The translations under genes and the position numbers were made by a program. This document shows positions 50,796 through 64,000 of a stretch of DNA of 64,000 nt, piece by piece. Under the pieces are notes generated by a model. It was not told the DNA's origin. It ran no database searches and saw only the letters and a list, made by a program, of their open reading frames with translations. The stretch is taken from the NCBI RefSeq assembly GCF_000143415.4, contig NW_003314338.1, positions 186,001-250,000 on the forward strand. Reading direction: 5' to 3'. Each line of letters starts with the position of its first letter. Position 1 is the stretch's first letter. This stretch comes from Selaginella moellendorffii. Lineage: Eukaryota; Plantae; Lycopodiophyta.

Positions 50796-53700
50796 AGGGT
50801 GAAAGCCCAAAGCATTCGTCTCCCAGACCCTGGGGGTTTGGTGAGCTCCAAAAGTATAGTGAGGGGGAGGATTGCAGTGGAGCCAGTTTCGCCAAGAAAG
50901 GCCAGTTTGGCCCAGGAAGGCCAGACCCAGTGTTGGGTGATGAACTGACCACTGGGAAGTCCAAGACTAGAGTGAATACAGACCAACAAATGGGGTAGCT
51001 TGGTGAAGTGTTCAAGAGCCGGCTCTAGTTCCCCTGGGAGATCAATTGGCCGATGCTCCTAGTCCAAGTGTGGGTGGCACTACCTACTTGGATACTAGGC
51101 ATGGCTCAATGGAACCTTGCTCTAAGCCCATGGCTAGAGCACCTAAAGGCGAAAGGCGGGGAGAGTACCCACAGGGCTCACATAGGCCAATGGTGTTCTG
51201 AAATGTTGTTCCGGAGTCCCAAATGGGGGAAAGGAGGAAGAGTAGTCCTCTAGTGTAGTGACTAGGATATAGTCACATGGTGAAGAAGTCCCGAAGGACC
51301 ATGGGACTTAGTGGTCGGGCCTGTAGGCCTTGATCAAGTGGCAGTGTTGGCGAACATGGCCATGGACAGAAAAGGGACTTGGTAGGAACTAGCGAAGGGA
51401 TATTGGGGAAGGCTATTCCCCAGGTCTGTGGGCATCCTAAGGATGCTGAGGAGTGGATCTGGGATGACCACTCGTGGTCGGATGGCCCAATCTTGGAGAG
51501 ACGGGTTTGTGATGCAAGTGGTATTGGACCACTAGTGTGGCAAAGGTGAATAGGCATGGCCTTAGCGTAACGAGCCAATATGTCAGTAGTACCTTTGGGT
51601 GTCGCTCTTGGGACTGGACACGTGGAGCACTTGGATTAAGTGCAAGGGATGAGTGGCATGGGTGCCATTCTCGGGGCTAGCAAGTGCCAAGTTCTTTATT
51701 GGACTTAAGGAGGTTGTGAATGAGACTCCTCCAAGTGGTTGAAGGTGTGGTTAAGTGACTAAAGTAGAATGGAAAAATTAGTCGCTTACAACTTGGTATC
51801 GGAGCTGTACCTTAGTCCGACTCTTATTGGTGGCCAAGTATATCACCGCTTGTATTGGAATCGGAGGGTCCTAGATATGGACCTGTCCTCGAGGAGTAGC
51901 ATGTCGAAAAGGCATGGCTCTCCACTCAAGTTCATGCATGAACTTGCGCACGATGTGGTGGATGGAAAAAGGGCCAGTAAGGGAACGACTTCGGGATCTT
52001 GGGAACAGTATAAAGGTTTCCTCATAGAGTTGAGGATGTGATCTAGATGAGCGTTTGACTTTGCAAACTGGCTAATATAGTTGTGGTAAACAACTATAGT
52101 TAGGATCACGGGAAAGATAAAGACTCCAAAACAATAAAGGAGTCACAAGATTATTCTCATATAGTTAAGGTGCGTGCTCATGAATGTGAGATCAGAAGTA
52201 ATGACCGCGGGAGGTCAAATACGGAAAAGGACACAAGTCCTTGAAATAGTAGCCAGAGCTACCTCTAATAATGCTAGAACAACCCAAGGAGGTGGGGGTG
52301 TACTTAGAGGATGAGTTGGTATTCTCATCACATGGACAAGTGGTCCTAAGGGGCAAAGGTTAGCCCGAAGAAAATCATCAAGTGTCAAAGTAACACTTGC
52401 AAAGATTGTCCTTGTGAGTAGGACATGAATACAAGAAGTTGTATTTTAGTGAGTTGGCACCTCTAAGACTGAGACCTCGGAGGTTGTTGGATTAGCAAAG
52501 TCTAAAATTCTGGATGACTCAAGCGGAGTCAGGGAATGGTCCTAAGGGATTGGTTGAAGCATTTGGACTGAGGTGTATAGTGCCCCATGAGGTATGGGGA
52601 GGATCATAAGATCCAAGTATGAGAACAGTAGGTATCTCATTAACGGCAAAATGTGCCATACTAAAGTTGTGGGAAAGATGTTCCTAGAAAAAAACAACTT
52701 TGGCCCAGAGTTGGGTGCAAGCACTATGGTGCGGTGCTAATAGATAGTTAGCATGAGGAACAACTATATTGGTCTTGGCAAAGATCTAGACACTAATAAG
52801 TAGTGTCATAAGGGTAGGCTCGTGGGGCCAATGGTGTGGAGACACCAAATGTGCCAAGGTGTGATACCTTGAAGTTATCATGGTGGGTTCATAAGAACCC
52901 CTTACCAAGGGAATTCCAAGGGAAGCGGGAAAGGCATGGCCTAAGCTGGAAGGCATGCGGTTGGAGTGTGGTGACCCAGATAATGATGGAGGTGTGGAAG
53001 CACCAAGCAATGAGTTGTAGGACTTGACAGCTATGGGGCAACTAAGCAAGAGGTGCAAGATAATTGGTTAAACGGGTAGAAGGTAGCTACCCAAGACTTC
53101 TTAATGGCATAAGGAAGTTAAATATACTCTTACGGGGGATAAATTGCTTATGTTGCGATATAGTAAGTCAATGTCGTAAAGGAGAATGCTCATTGTCAGG
53201 AGGCCATCATCGGGACACCCAAACACTCTAGAACACCAGAAGGTGGTGTTTCATGTCGCAAGGGCAATAGATAAGGCCCAAGGGACTAAGTCCCTAGCGA
53301 ATGATGGATAGAAGGTGCTATCCAAATGTCCAAAATTGTGGAGATAGGAGAAGACTATCTACCCAAATTAGACAAAGCCAAAAATGAAATTTTGGCAAGG
53401 CTAGTGATGGGCATGTAAAGGCCCATAAGCAGCAACGTTAACCCCGGTGTGTGGGATTATAAGGTGAGCATGCCCAAGATTGAGGAACCACTCCCTAGGC
53501 TATCGGGTAGGTTCATCTTGAACAATACTTGCTAAGGCATAGTAAAATGTGCAAAGCTATCCTCCTAGTTTGGAGGAGAATAACCAAAGGAAACATATGA
53601 GGCCAAAAGGCAAGTAGTATTGGGATGGAACTGAACCATAAAAATCGAAAGACATATCCAACGATGATTATGCAAGTTGGGAGTGGAGAATCAAGAGGGT

Positions 53701-56700
53701 GCTCGAGGATGTTGTTGCTAGCAACCGTGATGCCATGGAGAGTCTAAAATATGGAATTGTCCATGTTAGACTATATGGCAACTATAAAGCTTCCGAAAAG
53801 CGGGGACCGACAAGCGGGGTAGCTTGGTGAAGTGTTCAGGAGCCGGCTCTAGTTCCCCCGGGAGATCGACTGGCCGATGCTCCCAGTCCAAGTGTGGGTG
53901 GCACTACCTACTTGGATACCTGGTGTGGCTCAACGGAACCCGCTCTAAGCCCATGGCTAGAGCACCCAAGGGCAGAAGGCGAGGAGAGTACCCAGGTGGC
54001 TCGCGTAAGGCCACGGTGTTCCGAAATGTTGTCCCAAAGGCCTAGACTGTGGAAAGGAAGAGGAGCAGTCCTCTGGGGTAGTGACCAAGGACACAGTCGT
54101 GTGGTGAGGAAGTCCCAGAGGACCATGGGACTTAGTGGTCGGGCCTGTGGGCCTCGATCCAGTGGCAGTGTTGGCAAACACGGCCAGGGGCAAAAAGGGA
54201 CTTGGTAGGAATTGACAAAGGGACTTTGGGGAAGGCGATTCCCCAGGTCTGTGGGCATCCTAAGGATGCTAAGGAGTGGATCTAGGATGACCACTCGTGG
54301 ACCGATGGCCCAGTCTTGGAGAGACGGGATGGTGATGCAAGTGGTATTGGACCACTAGTGCAGCAAAGGTGAATGGGCATGGCCTTAGCGTAACGGGCCG
54401 AGATGTCAGTGGTACCTTTGGGTGTCGGTCTTGGGACCGGACACGTGGAGCACTTGGACCAGGTGCAAGTGTTGAGTGGCATGGATGCCATTCTTGGGGC
54501 TAGTAAGTCCAAGTCCTGAATTGGACTTAAGGAGGTTGTGAGTGAGACTCCTCCAAGTGGTCGAAGGTGTGGTTAAGTGACTAAAGTAGAATGGAAAAAT
54601 TAGTCGCTTACAATTTGGTATCGGAGCTGTTCCTTAGTCCGACTTTTATTGGTGCTCAAGTATATCACCACTGGTGTTGGCAATGGAAGGTCCAAGAAGT
54701 GGGCCTATCCTTGAGGAGTAGCAGGTCGGGAAGACATGGCTCTCCATTACAGTTCATGTGTGAACTTGTAGACAAGGTGGTGGATAGAAAAGGGGCCAAT
54801 AATGGAACGACTTTGGGATCTTGGGAACAGTGCAAGGTTTTCCTCATTGAGTTGAGGAGGTGATCCAGATGAGCATTTGACTCAGCAAACGGGCTAATGT
54901 AGTTGGGGTAAACAACTATAGTTGGGATCACGGGGAAGATAGAGACTCCAAAAACAATAAAGGAGTCACGAGTTTATCCTCACATGGTTGAGGCTGGTGC
55001 TCATGAAGGTGAGACCGGAATGGATGACCGTGAGAGGTCAAGTATGGATGAGGACACGAGTCCTGGAAATGGTAGCCGGGGCTACCTCTCATAAATGCTG
55101 GAACAACCCAAGGAGTTGGGGGTGTATTAAGTGGATGAGTTGGTATTCTCATCACATGGACAAGTAGTCCTAAGGGGTAAAGGTTGCCCCCAGGGAACAA
55201 AATCAAGTGACAGAGTAACACTTGTGAAAATAGTCCCTTTGAGTAGGACAGGAATGCAAGAAGTGTATTCCAGTGAGCTAGTGCCTCACAAGTAGGACCT
55301 TACGGGTCAATGGATTAACCAAGTCCAAAACTGCTAGACGACTCAAGTAGAGTCAAGGGATGGTCCTAGAGGGACTGATAGAAGCATTTGGATTGAGGTG
55401 CGTTGTACCCCACAAAGGATGGGGGGGGATCATAGGATCCAAGGATGAGAACAGAGAGTATCTCATCGATGGCAAAATGTGCCATGCTAAAGTTATGGGA
55501 AAGGTGTTCCCAAAAGAAAACAACTTTGACATAAAGTTGTGTGTGACCTCTATGGGGCAGTGCTAACGGATGGTTGGCATGAGAAAGAGCGGTGTTGGTC
55601 TTGGCAAAGACTTAGACACGAAAGGGAAATGTCATAGAGGTAGGCTCGTGGAGCCAATGGTGTGGAGACACCAAATGTGCCAAGGTGTGATACCTTGAGG
55701 CTATGATGGTGGGTTCATGAGAACCCCTTGCTAAAGGAATCCCAATGGAAATGGGAATGGCATAGCCTAAGCTGCAGAGCATGTAGTTGGAGTGTGGTGA
55801 CCCAGATAATGATGGAGGTGTGAAAGCACCAAGCAATGAGTTGTAGGACTTGACAACTATGAGGCAACTAAGCAAGAGGTGCAAAATAACTGGTTAAACG
55901 GGTAGAAGGTAGCTACCCAAGACTTCTTAATAGCATAAGGAAGTTAGATATACCCTTACGGGGGATAAGTTGCTTGTGTTGCGATATAGTAAGTCAATGT
56001 CATAAAAGGAAATACTCATTGTCAAGAGAGCCATCATTGGGACACCCGGACACTCTAGAACACCAGAAGGTGGTGTTTGATGTCGCGAGGGCAATGGATA
56101 AAGCCCAAGGGACTAAGTCCCTAGCGAATGATGGATAGAAGATGCTATCCAAATGTCCAAGGTTGCCGAGACAGGAGAGACTGTCTACCCGAGTTGGACA
56201 AAGCCAAAAATGGAATTTTGGCAAGGCTAGTGATGGGCATGTAAAGGCCCATAAGCAACAATGTAATCCCAGTGTGTGGGATTATAAGGTGAGCATACCC
56301 GGATTGAGGAACCACTCCCTAGGCTATTGGGTAGGTTCATCCCTAAAAATACTTGCTAAAGCGTGATAGAAAGTGCAAAGCTATCCTCCTGGTCTGGAGG
56401 AGAATGACCAAAGGAAAGGTGTGAAGCCAAAAAGCAAGTAGTAAGGGGATAGAACCAAACCATAGGAATCGAAGGGCATAACCAAGGTTGGTTATGCTAG
56501 CTGGGAGTGGAGAATCAAGTGGGGGCTCGAGGGTGTTGCCGCTAGCAACCGTGATGCCATGGAAAGTCTAAAATATGGAATTGTCCATGTTAGACTATGT
56601 GGCATTTTGAAGGCTTGCAAAAAGGGAGGCCTTAGCAAGCTGAGGGACAAAGTTCCTTCAAGGTTCCCAAAGACGATTCTAGGTAGCTTAGTACCTAGAA

Positions 56701-57099
56701 AGGCCAAATGTAAATGGTTCATGCAACGCGCGAAATCAGAGTGGCGCAGCAGAAGCGTGGTCTTGAAGCTTGCCATGAGGCAAGGCTATCAAGGTTAGGG
56801 AAGTAGTTCCCGAGTGTTCAAAGAGAGGGCTTTGAACGAAAGTCGATGGTCAAGGACTTTCACGCCTATGCAGGAACCATGTTACAGTGGTCGGAGGACT
56901 TGCCAAGCGAGATTGGCACGTCGGGGGAACAAATACCCTAGTTGAAGGTGATAACTTCAAAAAGGGTGGGCCATAGGGCCGAGCATGGAGGAGTCCATGC
57001 ATGATCACAGACATGTCAAGTGAGAGGACTTGGCAGTGTGGAGGAACTAGGTTCCTAAGCTGTGATCTGTAGCGCGCTTTAAAAATAGGTTGGTGCACC

Positions 57100-57212
57100 G
57101 GCGTGGGGAGTCACACCAGGCATCTTGTGTGATGCCATCCGTAGATGCATATACGGAGGTTGGGTTCGAGTCCCGACCCTCTAGTGCTTGGGTTCGAGTC
57201 CCAAATCACTAG
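57100..57212 (+). other. run of five abutting hairpins with two GGTTCGAGTCC (B-box/T-arm) motifs
   Basis: Stems read directly from the sequence; repeated at 62857-62970 (+) and ~38891-39004 (-). Confidence 0.6.
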
Positions 57213-58894
57213 GGCGTGGTGATGGTTTGGAATATGAGGACACTCATATTTCGGTGGTCATGGACTTTCAGTGGGGAGACTGGTTTGGGCACACCGCCAA
57301 GCGAGGGATGCCTCGGAGTCGTGATGCACGGTTAGATTGCCTAGTGTGAAAGCTCGGCATATCTAACTTGAACGCTTTGGTGCAAGTGGCACCAAGGTCG
57401 TGGTGAGTGAGATGGGGACACCTAATCTCAGTTGCTATGAACCCTTGGCCGTAAGGGCTAGCTTGGGTGCACCGCCAAGTGTGGGGGATGCCCCCGGGGT
57501 TATAGTCAACAACTTGGAGGTCTAGAAAACCAAGTACCTCTTGGCAAATCTGTTAAGGTGCCAAGGTGAGATCACTAGGTGATCTTATGGCCAGATAAGG
57601 ACAAGGTCCTTGGTTGGCTAAGGAATGAAGTTCCTGGTTCAAAATGTTGAAATTGAACTGTTTAAGGTGGTGTGGCTTGGTCGTGATAACCAAGTGGGAA
57701 GAGCACCTAAAGGAAATAAACTATGTCCGTGCGATGGCATAGTGAGTCCGAGGAAAGTAGTCTCTATAAAAGACCCATGGGAGGGTCACGAAGTTGGGCC
57801 GTGGATAGAGCCCATAGCAGAAGATGCTAAAGAGACGTACTAGGGGTGAACATCCTCCGGACTTGGCAAAGAAGAGTCTTTGCGATGGAACCGAAACAAT
57901 ACCTCAAGGAGGGAGGTAGAGATTCGATGTTGCTTGGTGCAACAATCAACGGATAGGAGCAAAAGATGAGTGGCCAAGATAGGGCCGTAGAATCCCTTGG
58001 AAGGAATCCAAGTGACGAAGTTAGGCGAGGAACACTAATGTGTTGGACGCTAACAAGTTGCGGGAAAGGAAGTGTGTTTCCGAGGAGGGATTCCGAAATT
58101 CTCCGATTTGGCGAAAGTGGAAGCTCCAAGGGAGGGAGCGGTAAGGTAGCCAAATGATAGGGCCATGAACAGCCCTAGCACAAAGTATGATAACTGGAAC
58201 TTTGGCACGAAATAGAAGAGAGGATGATGGTGCTCTCGAGTAGAGAACTTCCTAGGATGGGAAGTGGAGTTGCACAAAAGGTGCAAGGCAAGGTGTCGGA
58301 GACACCTAGGAAAGTGACTCTAAGAAATCAAAATTCAAAGTTCCAAAGTGCAAAGGTTATATCGATGGAAATTGAGACTACTCGAGAAGGAGTAGTGGGA
58401 TTGACTTAGAGAAGGGTCTCTAAGAGGTTTAGCAAGAACTAAACCAATAAAAGGAGAGAACCATTACATGTGGTCCAATCAGTCTCTAAGTTGGAGAGAC
58501 TACGCTCCTTAAAGGATGGACAAGGCATGGTGAGCCTTTGATGTCAAACCATAGACAAAGATTGGCTAGGTGCCAAGGATGGAAATGGTAACACGTGTGG
58601 GTGTTACTTTATGAAAGGGTTTACCGTTCGATGAGGACATCGAACTTCGTCTATGGGTGGTGGAGTTGTGAGACACAAAATCCCTAGGCCCCAAAGTGGA
58701 GCCGGAAGGGCGCCACATGGTAGTGGCCGAAGCGAGAGCCAAACGAGCGTAACACGTTTGGACCAAAAGCTCCGACTTGAAAAGTCAAGAGCGGGAGTGG
58801 AACTCCCAACGAAGTGCTCGAGGAACGAGCACGAAGCGAGCAAAAGGCAAGGCTCCAAAAAGGGACCCAAAAGGACCAACACATGACACGTGGG

Positions 58895-59505
58895 AGTGTC
58901 CGAGATGGACTCGAGATGGAGTCCGAAGTGGAGTCCGAGATGGACCCGAGTTGGAGTCCAAGATGGAGTCCGAGATGGAGTCCGAGGTGGACCCGAGATG
59001 GACCCGAGTTGGAGTCCGAAGTGGAGTCCGAGATGGACCCGAGATGGAGTCCGAGATGGAGTCCGAGATGGAGTCTGAGGTGGACCCGAGATGGACCCGA
59101 AATGGAGTCCGAGATGGAGTCCGAGATGGACCCGAGATGGAGTCCGAGATGGAGTCCGAGGTGGACCCGAGATGGACCCGAAATGGAGTCCGAGATGGAG
59201 TCCGAGATGGACCCGAGATGGAGTCTGAGATGGAGTCCGAGATGGACCCGAGATGGACCCGAGATGGAGTCCGAGATGGAGTCCGAGATGGAGTCCGAGA
59301 TAGAGTCCGAGATGGAGTCCGAAGTCAAGACTGAGACTAGAACCGAGACCGGGACCAAGACCGAGACCGAGACCGAGATCGGGACCGAGACCGAGACCGA
59401 GGCCGAGGCCAAGACCGAGCCCGAGCCCGAGTCCGAGTCCGAATCCGAGTCCGAGTCCGAGTCCGAGTCCGAGTCCGAGTCCGAGTCCGAGTCCGAGTCC
59501 GGAGC
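58895..59505. repeat. LTR-internal 12/10/6-bp tandem array
   Basis: GGAGTCCGAGAT and GGACCCGAGAT units, then a (GAGTCC)n run. Confidence 0.95.
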
Positions 59506-59551
59506 CTGAGAGGGTGAAAGCCCAAAGCGTTCGTCTCCCAGACCCTGGGGG

Positions 59552-59764
59552 NNNNNNNNNNNNNNNNNNNNNNNNNNNNNNNNNNNNNNNNNNNNNNNNN
59601 NNNNNNNNNNNNNNNNNNNNNNNNNNNNNNNNNNNNNNNNNNNNNNNNNNNNNNNNNNNNNNNNNNNNNNNNNNNNNNNNNNNNNNNNNNNNNNNNNNNN
59701 NNNNNNNNNNNNNNNNNNNNNNNNNNNNNNNNNNNNNNNNNNNNNNNNNNNNNNNNNNNNNNNN
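59552..59764. other. assembly gap (213 N) inside an LTR
   Basis: N run; the size matches the ~215 bp expected between the flanks in other LTR copies. Confidence 0.99.
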
Positions 59765-62700
59765 CCGATGCTCCCAATCCAAGTGTGGGTGGCACTACCT
59801 ACTTGGATACCTGGTGTGGCTCAATGGAACCCGCTCTAAGCCCATGGCTAGAGCACCCAAGGGCAGAAGGCGAGGAGAGTACCCAGGTGGCTCGCGTAAG
59901 GCCACTGTGTTCCGAAATGTTGTCCCAAAGGCCCAGACTGTGGAAAGGAAGAGGAGCAGTCCTCTGGGGTAGTGACCAAGGACACAGTCGTGTGGTGAGG
60001 AAGTCCCAAAGGACTGTGGGACTTAGTGGTCAGGCCTGTGGGTCTCGATCCAGTGGCAGTGTTGGCAAACACGACCAGGGGCAGAAAGGGACTTAGTGGG
60101 GACTGACAGAGGGATATTGGGGAAGGCTATCTCCTTGTCGGTGGGCATCCTAAGGATGCTAAGGAGTGGATCTGAGATGACCACTCATGGATGGTTTGCC
60201 TAGTCTTGGAGAGCCAAGACTGTGATGCAAGTGGTATTGGACTACCAGTGTGGCAAAGGTGATTGGGCATGGCCTTAGCGTAACGGGCTGCTATGTCGGT
60301 GGTACCTTTGAGTGTCGGTCATGGGATCGGACACGTGGAGCACTTGGACCAAGTGCAAATGTTGAGTGGTATAGATGCCATTTTCGAGGCTAGCAAGTCC
60401 CAAGTCCTGGATTGGACTTATGGAGGTTGTGAATGAGACTCCTCCAAGTGGTCAGAAGTGTGGTTAAGTGACTAAAGTAGAATGGAAATTTTAGTCGCTT
60501 ACAATTTGGTATTAGAGCTGTTCCTTAGTCCGACTTTTATTGGTGCTCAAGTATATCACCACTAGTGTTGGCATCGGAAGGTCCGAGGAGTGGGCCTATC
60601 CTTGAGGAGTAGCAAGTCGGGAAGACATGGCTCTCCATTACAGTTCATGGGTGAACTTGTAGACGAGGTGGTGGATAGAAAAGGGCCAATAATGGAACGA
60701 CTTTGGGATTTTGGGAACAGTGCAAGGTTTTCCTCATATAGTTGAGGTTGGTGCTCATGAATGTGAGACCAAAGGTAATGACCGTGGAAGGTCAAATACG
60801 AAAGAGGACTCAAGTCCTTGAAATGGTAGCCGGGGCTACCTTTAATAAATGCTGGAACAACCCAAGGAGTTGGGGGGTGTACTTAGAGATGAGTGGTATT
60901 CCCATCGCATGGACAAGTAGTCCTAAGGGGCAAAAGTTGCCCCCAGAGAACAAAATCAAGTGTCGGAGTAACACTTGTGAAAATAGTCCTTTTGAGTAGG
61001 ACATGAATGCAAGAAGTGTATTCCAGTGAGCTAGTGCCTCACAAGTAGGACCTTACGGGTCTGTGGATTAACCAAGTCCAAAACTGCTGGATGACTCAAG
61101 TAGAGTCAAGGGATGGTCCTAAAAGGACTGATGGAAGCATTTGGACTGAGGTGTGTTGTACCCCACAAAGGATGGGGGGGGGGGGGATCATAAGATCCAA
61201 GGATGAGAACATAGAGTATCTCATCGATGGCAAAATGTGCCATGCTAAAGTTATGGGAAAGGTGTTCCCAGAAGAAAACAACTTTGACACAAAGTTGTGT
61301 GTGACCTCTATGGTGTAGTGCTAACGGATGGTTGGCATGAGAAAGAGCGGTGTTGGTCTTGGCAAAGACTTAAACACGAAGGGGAAGTGTCATAGAGGTA
61401 GGCTCGTGGAGCTGATGGTGTGGAGACACCAAATGTGCCAAGGTGTGATACCTTGAGGCTATGTTGGTGGGTTCATGAGAACCCCTTGCCAAAGGAATCC
61501 CAATGGAAATGGGAATGGCATAGCCTAAGTGGCAGAGCATGCAGTTGGAGTGCGGTGACCCAGATAATGATGGAGGTGTGCAAGCACCAAGCAATGAGTT
61601 GTAGGACTTGACAACCATGAGGCAACTAAGCAAGAGATGCAAAATAACTGGTTAAACGGGTAGAAGGTAGCTACCCAAGACTTCTAGTATAGGGAAGTCG
61701 GATATACCCTTACGGGGGATAAGTTGCTTATGTTGCGATATAGTAAGTCAATGTCATAAAAGGAAATACTCATTGTCAAGAAAGCCATCATTGGGACACC
61801 CGAACACTCTAGAACACCAGAAGGTGGTGTTTGATGTTGCGAGGGCAATAGATAAAGCCCAAGGGACTAAGTCCCTAGTGAATGATGGATAGAAGGTGCT
61901 ATCCAAATGTCCAAGGTTGCGGAGACGGGTGAAGACTGTCTACCCAAATTGGACAAAGCCAAAAATGAAATTTTGGCAAGGCTAGTGATGGGCATGTAAA
62001 GGCCCATAAGCAACAATGTTAACCCCAGTGTGTGGGATTATAAGGTGAGCATGCCCAAAATTGAGGAACCACTCCCTAGGCTATCGGGTAGGTTCATCCC
62101 TAAAAATACTTGCTAAGGCATAGTAAAATGTACAAAGCTATCCTCCTAGTCTGGAGGAGAATAACCAAAGGAAACATATGGGGCCAAAAGGCAAGTAGTA
62201 TTGGGATGGAACTGAACTATAGAAATCGAAAGGCATATCCAACGGTGGTTATACAAGTTGGGAGTGGATAATCAAGCGAGGGCTCAAGGGTGTTTTTGCT
62301 AGCAACCGTGATGCCATGAGGAGTCTAAAATATGGAATTGTCCATGTTAGACTATGTAGCAATTGGAAAGCTTGCAAAAAGGAAGGCCTTAGCAAGCTAA
62401 GGGACAGAGTTCCTTCAAGGTTCCCAAAGACGATTCTAGATAGCTTAGTACCTAGAAAAGCCAAATGTAAATGGTTCATGGAACGCGCAAAATCAGAGTG
62501 GCGTAGCAGAAGCGTGGTCTTGAAGCTTGCCATGAGGCAATGCTATCAAGGTTAGGGAAGTAGTTCCCGAGTGTTCAAAGAGAGGGCTTTGAACAAAAGT
62601 CGATGGTCAAAGACTTTCACGCTTATGCAAGAACCATGTTCCAATGGTCGGAGGACTTGCCAAGCGAGATTGGCAAGTCTAGGGAACAAATACCCTAGTT

Positions 62701-64000
62701 GAAGGTAATAACTTCAAAAAGGGTGGGCCATGGGGCCAAGCATGGAGGAGTCCATGCATGATCACGGACTTGTCAAGTGGGAGGACTTGGCAGTGTGGAG
62801 GAATTAGGTTCCTAAGCTGTGATCTATAGCACGTTTTGAGTATATGTTGGTGCACTGGCATGAGGAGTCACGCCAGGCATCTAGGGTGATGCCGTCCGTA
62901 GATGCATATACGGAGGTTGGGTTCGAGTCCCGACCCTCTAGTGCTTGGGTTTGAGTCCCAAATCACTAGGGCGTGGTGATGGTTTGGAATATGAGGACAC
63001 TCATATTTTGGTGGTCATGGACTCTCAGTGAGGAGACTGGTTTGGGCACACCGCCAAGCGAGGGATGCCTCGGAGTCGTGATGCACGGTTAGATTGCTTA
63101 GAGTTAAAACTCGGCATATCTAACTTGAACACTTTGGTGCAAAGGGCACCAAGGACGCGGTGAATGAGATGGGGACACCCAGTCTCAGTTGCTATGGACC
63201 CTTGGCTAGAAGGGCTGGCTTGGGCGCACCGCCAAGTGTGGAGGATGCCCCCGGGGTCGTAGTCAACAAATTAAAGGTCTGGAAGACCTAGTACCTATTG
63301 GCAAACCTGTTAAGGTGTCAAGATTAGATCACTAGGTGATCATATGGCTAAACAAGGACGAGGTCCTTGTGAGGTTAAGGAACAAGGTTCCTAATTCAAA
63401 GCATTGATTTAAACTATTGATAATGGTGTGGCTTGGTCAAGTTGACCAAGTGGGAAGGACGCTTAAGGGAAATGAACTACGACGATACAATGGTATTGTG
63501 AGTTCAAGAAAATAGTCTCTAGAAAGGACCTATGGGAGGGTCACAATGTTGGGCCGTGGAAGGGGCCCATAGCAGAAGTTGCTAAAGAGACCTATTAGGG
63601 GTGAGCACCCTCTGGACTTGGTGAAGTGGAGCTTTGCTATGGAACCAAAAAATACCTCAAGGAGGGAGGTAGTGATCCTGTGTTGCTTGATGCAATAATT
63701 AATGCATAGGAGCAAAAGACTAGTGGCTAAGTTTGGGCCATGGAATTTAATGGGAGGAATCTAAATGGCAAGGTTAGCCGAGGAACACTAATGTGTTTGA
63801 TGCTAATGGATTGCGGGAAAGGAAGTGGACTTCCAAGGTTAGATTCCCAAGTGCTCCAATTTGGCAAAGTAAAAGCTCCAAGTGAGGAACGGCAAAGTAG
63901 CCAAAGGATAGGGCTGTGGATAGCCCTGGCACAAATGATGATAATGGGAACGTAATGCCAAGGGTGGCACAAAATAGAAAAGAGGATGATGGTGCCCTCA

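Larger units (their letters stand above)
49978..64000 (+). mobile_element. head-to-tail array of the non-autonomous family: LTR-int(partial)-LTR(partial)-int-LTR-int(runs off window)
   Basis: LTR 49978-51790, PBS 51794; deletion junction ~53800; LTR end 54612, PBS 54616; PPT 58655-58666; LTR 58667-60503; PBS 60507. Confidence 0.9.

Noticed and set aside
47004-54863. Recurrent ~70-90-aa ORFs MEKLVAYNLVSEL..
   Set aside because: They span the LTR end and PBS and vary in length and stops between copies; at most decayed gag remnants
57091-57185. A bona fide tRNA gene
   Set aside because: T-arm is present, but I cannot form an acceptor stem or a canonical 7-nt anticodon loop; kept only as a tRNA-like motif
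36623-59795. Long ORFs (200-390 aa) of GL, SD, RTPS and MESE repeats at 36.6, 42.2, 50.0 and 58.6 kb
   Set aside because: These are stop-free translations of the LTR minisatellite, open in several frames on both strands; no evidence of protein coding

Overview
Eukaryotic land-plant genomic DNA. The ~50-bp introns, ~100-bp intergenic spacers and flagellar genes point to a sperm-flagellated plant, most consistent with a Selaginella-type lycophyte (inference). The first ~27.1 kb is an extremely compact block of eight genes: ATM (5'-partial), GAS8/DRC4, an ARG1-like DnaJ, the mitochondrial carrier DTC, a ~1,130-aa coiled-coil protein ending in a hydrophobic segment plus VPT (candidate giant plant KASH protein), a plastid cyclophilin, golgin GC5/TMF1, and a C2/IQ protein resembling centriolar C2CD3. 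From ~27.4 kb to the end is a nested LTR-retrotransposon block. It contains a decayed Ty3/gypsy host element (gag-PR-RT-RNaseH) interrupted by a ~7.3-kb non-autonomous (LARD-like) family, with one complete TSD-flanked copy plus truncated, inverted and tandem copies. That family has minisatellite-bearing LTRs and an internal run of five hairpins with twin tRNA T-arm/Pol III B-box motifs. There is one 213-N gap. All homology calls are by eye and from memory, not from database searches; exon boundaries were only spot-checked.
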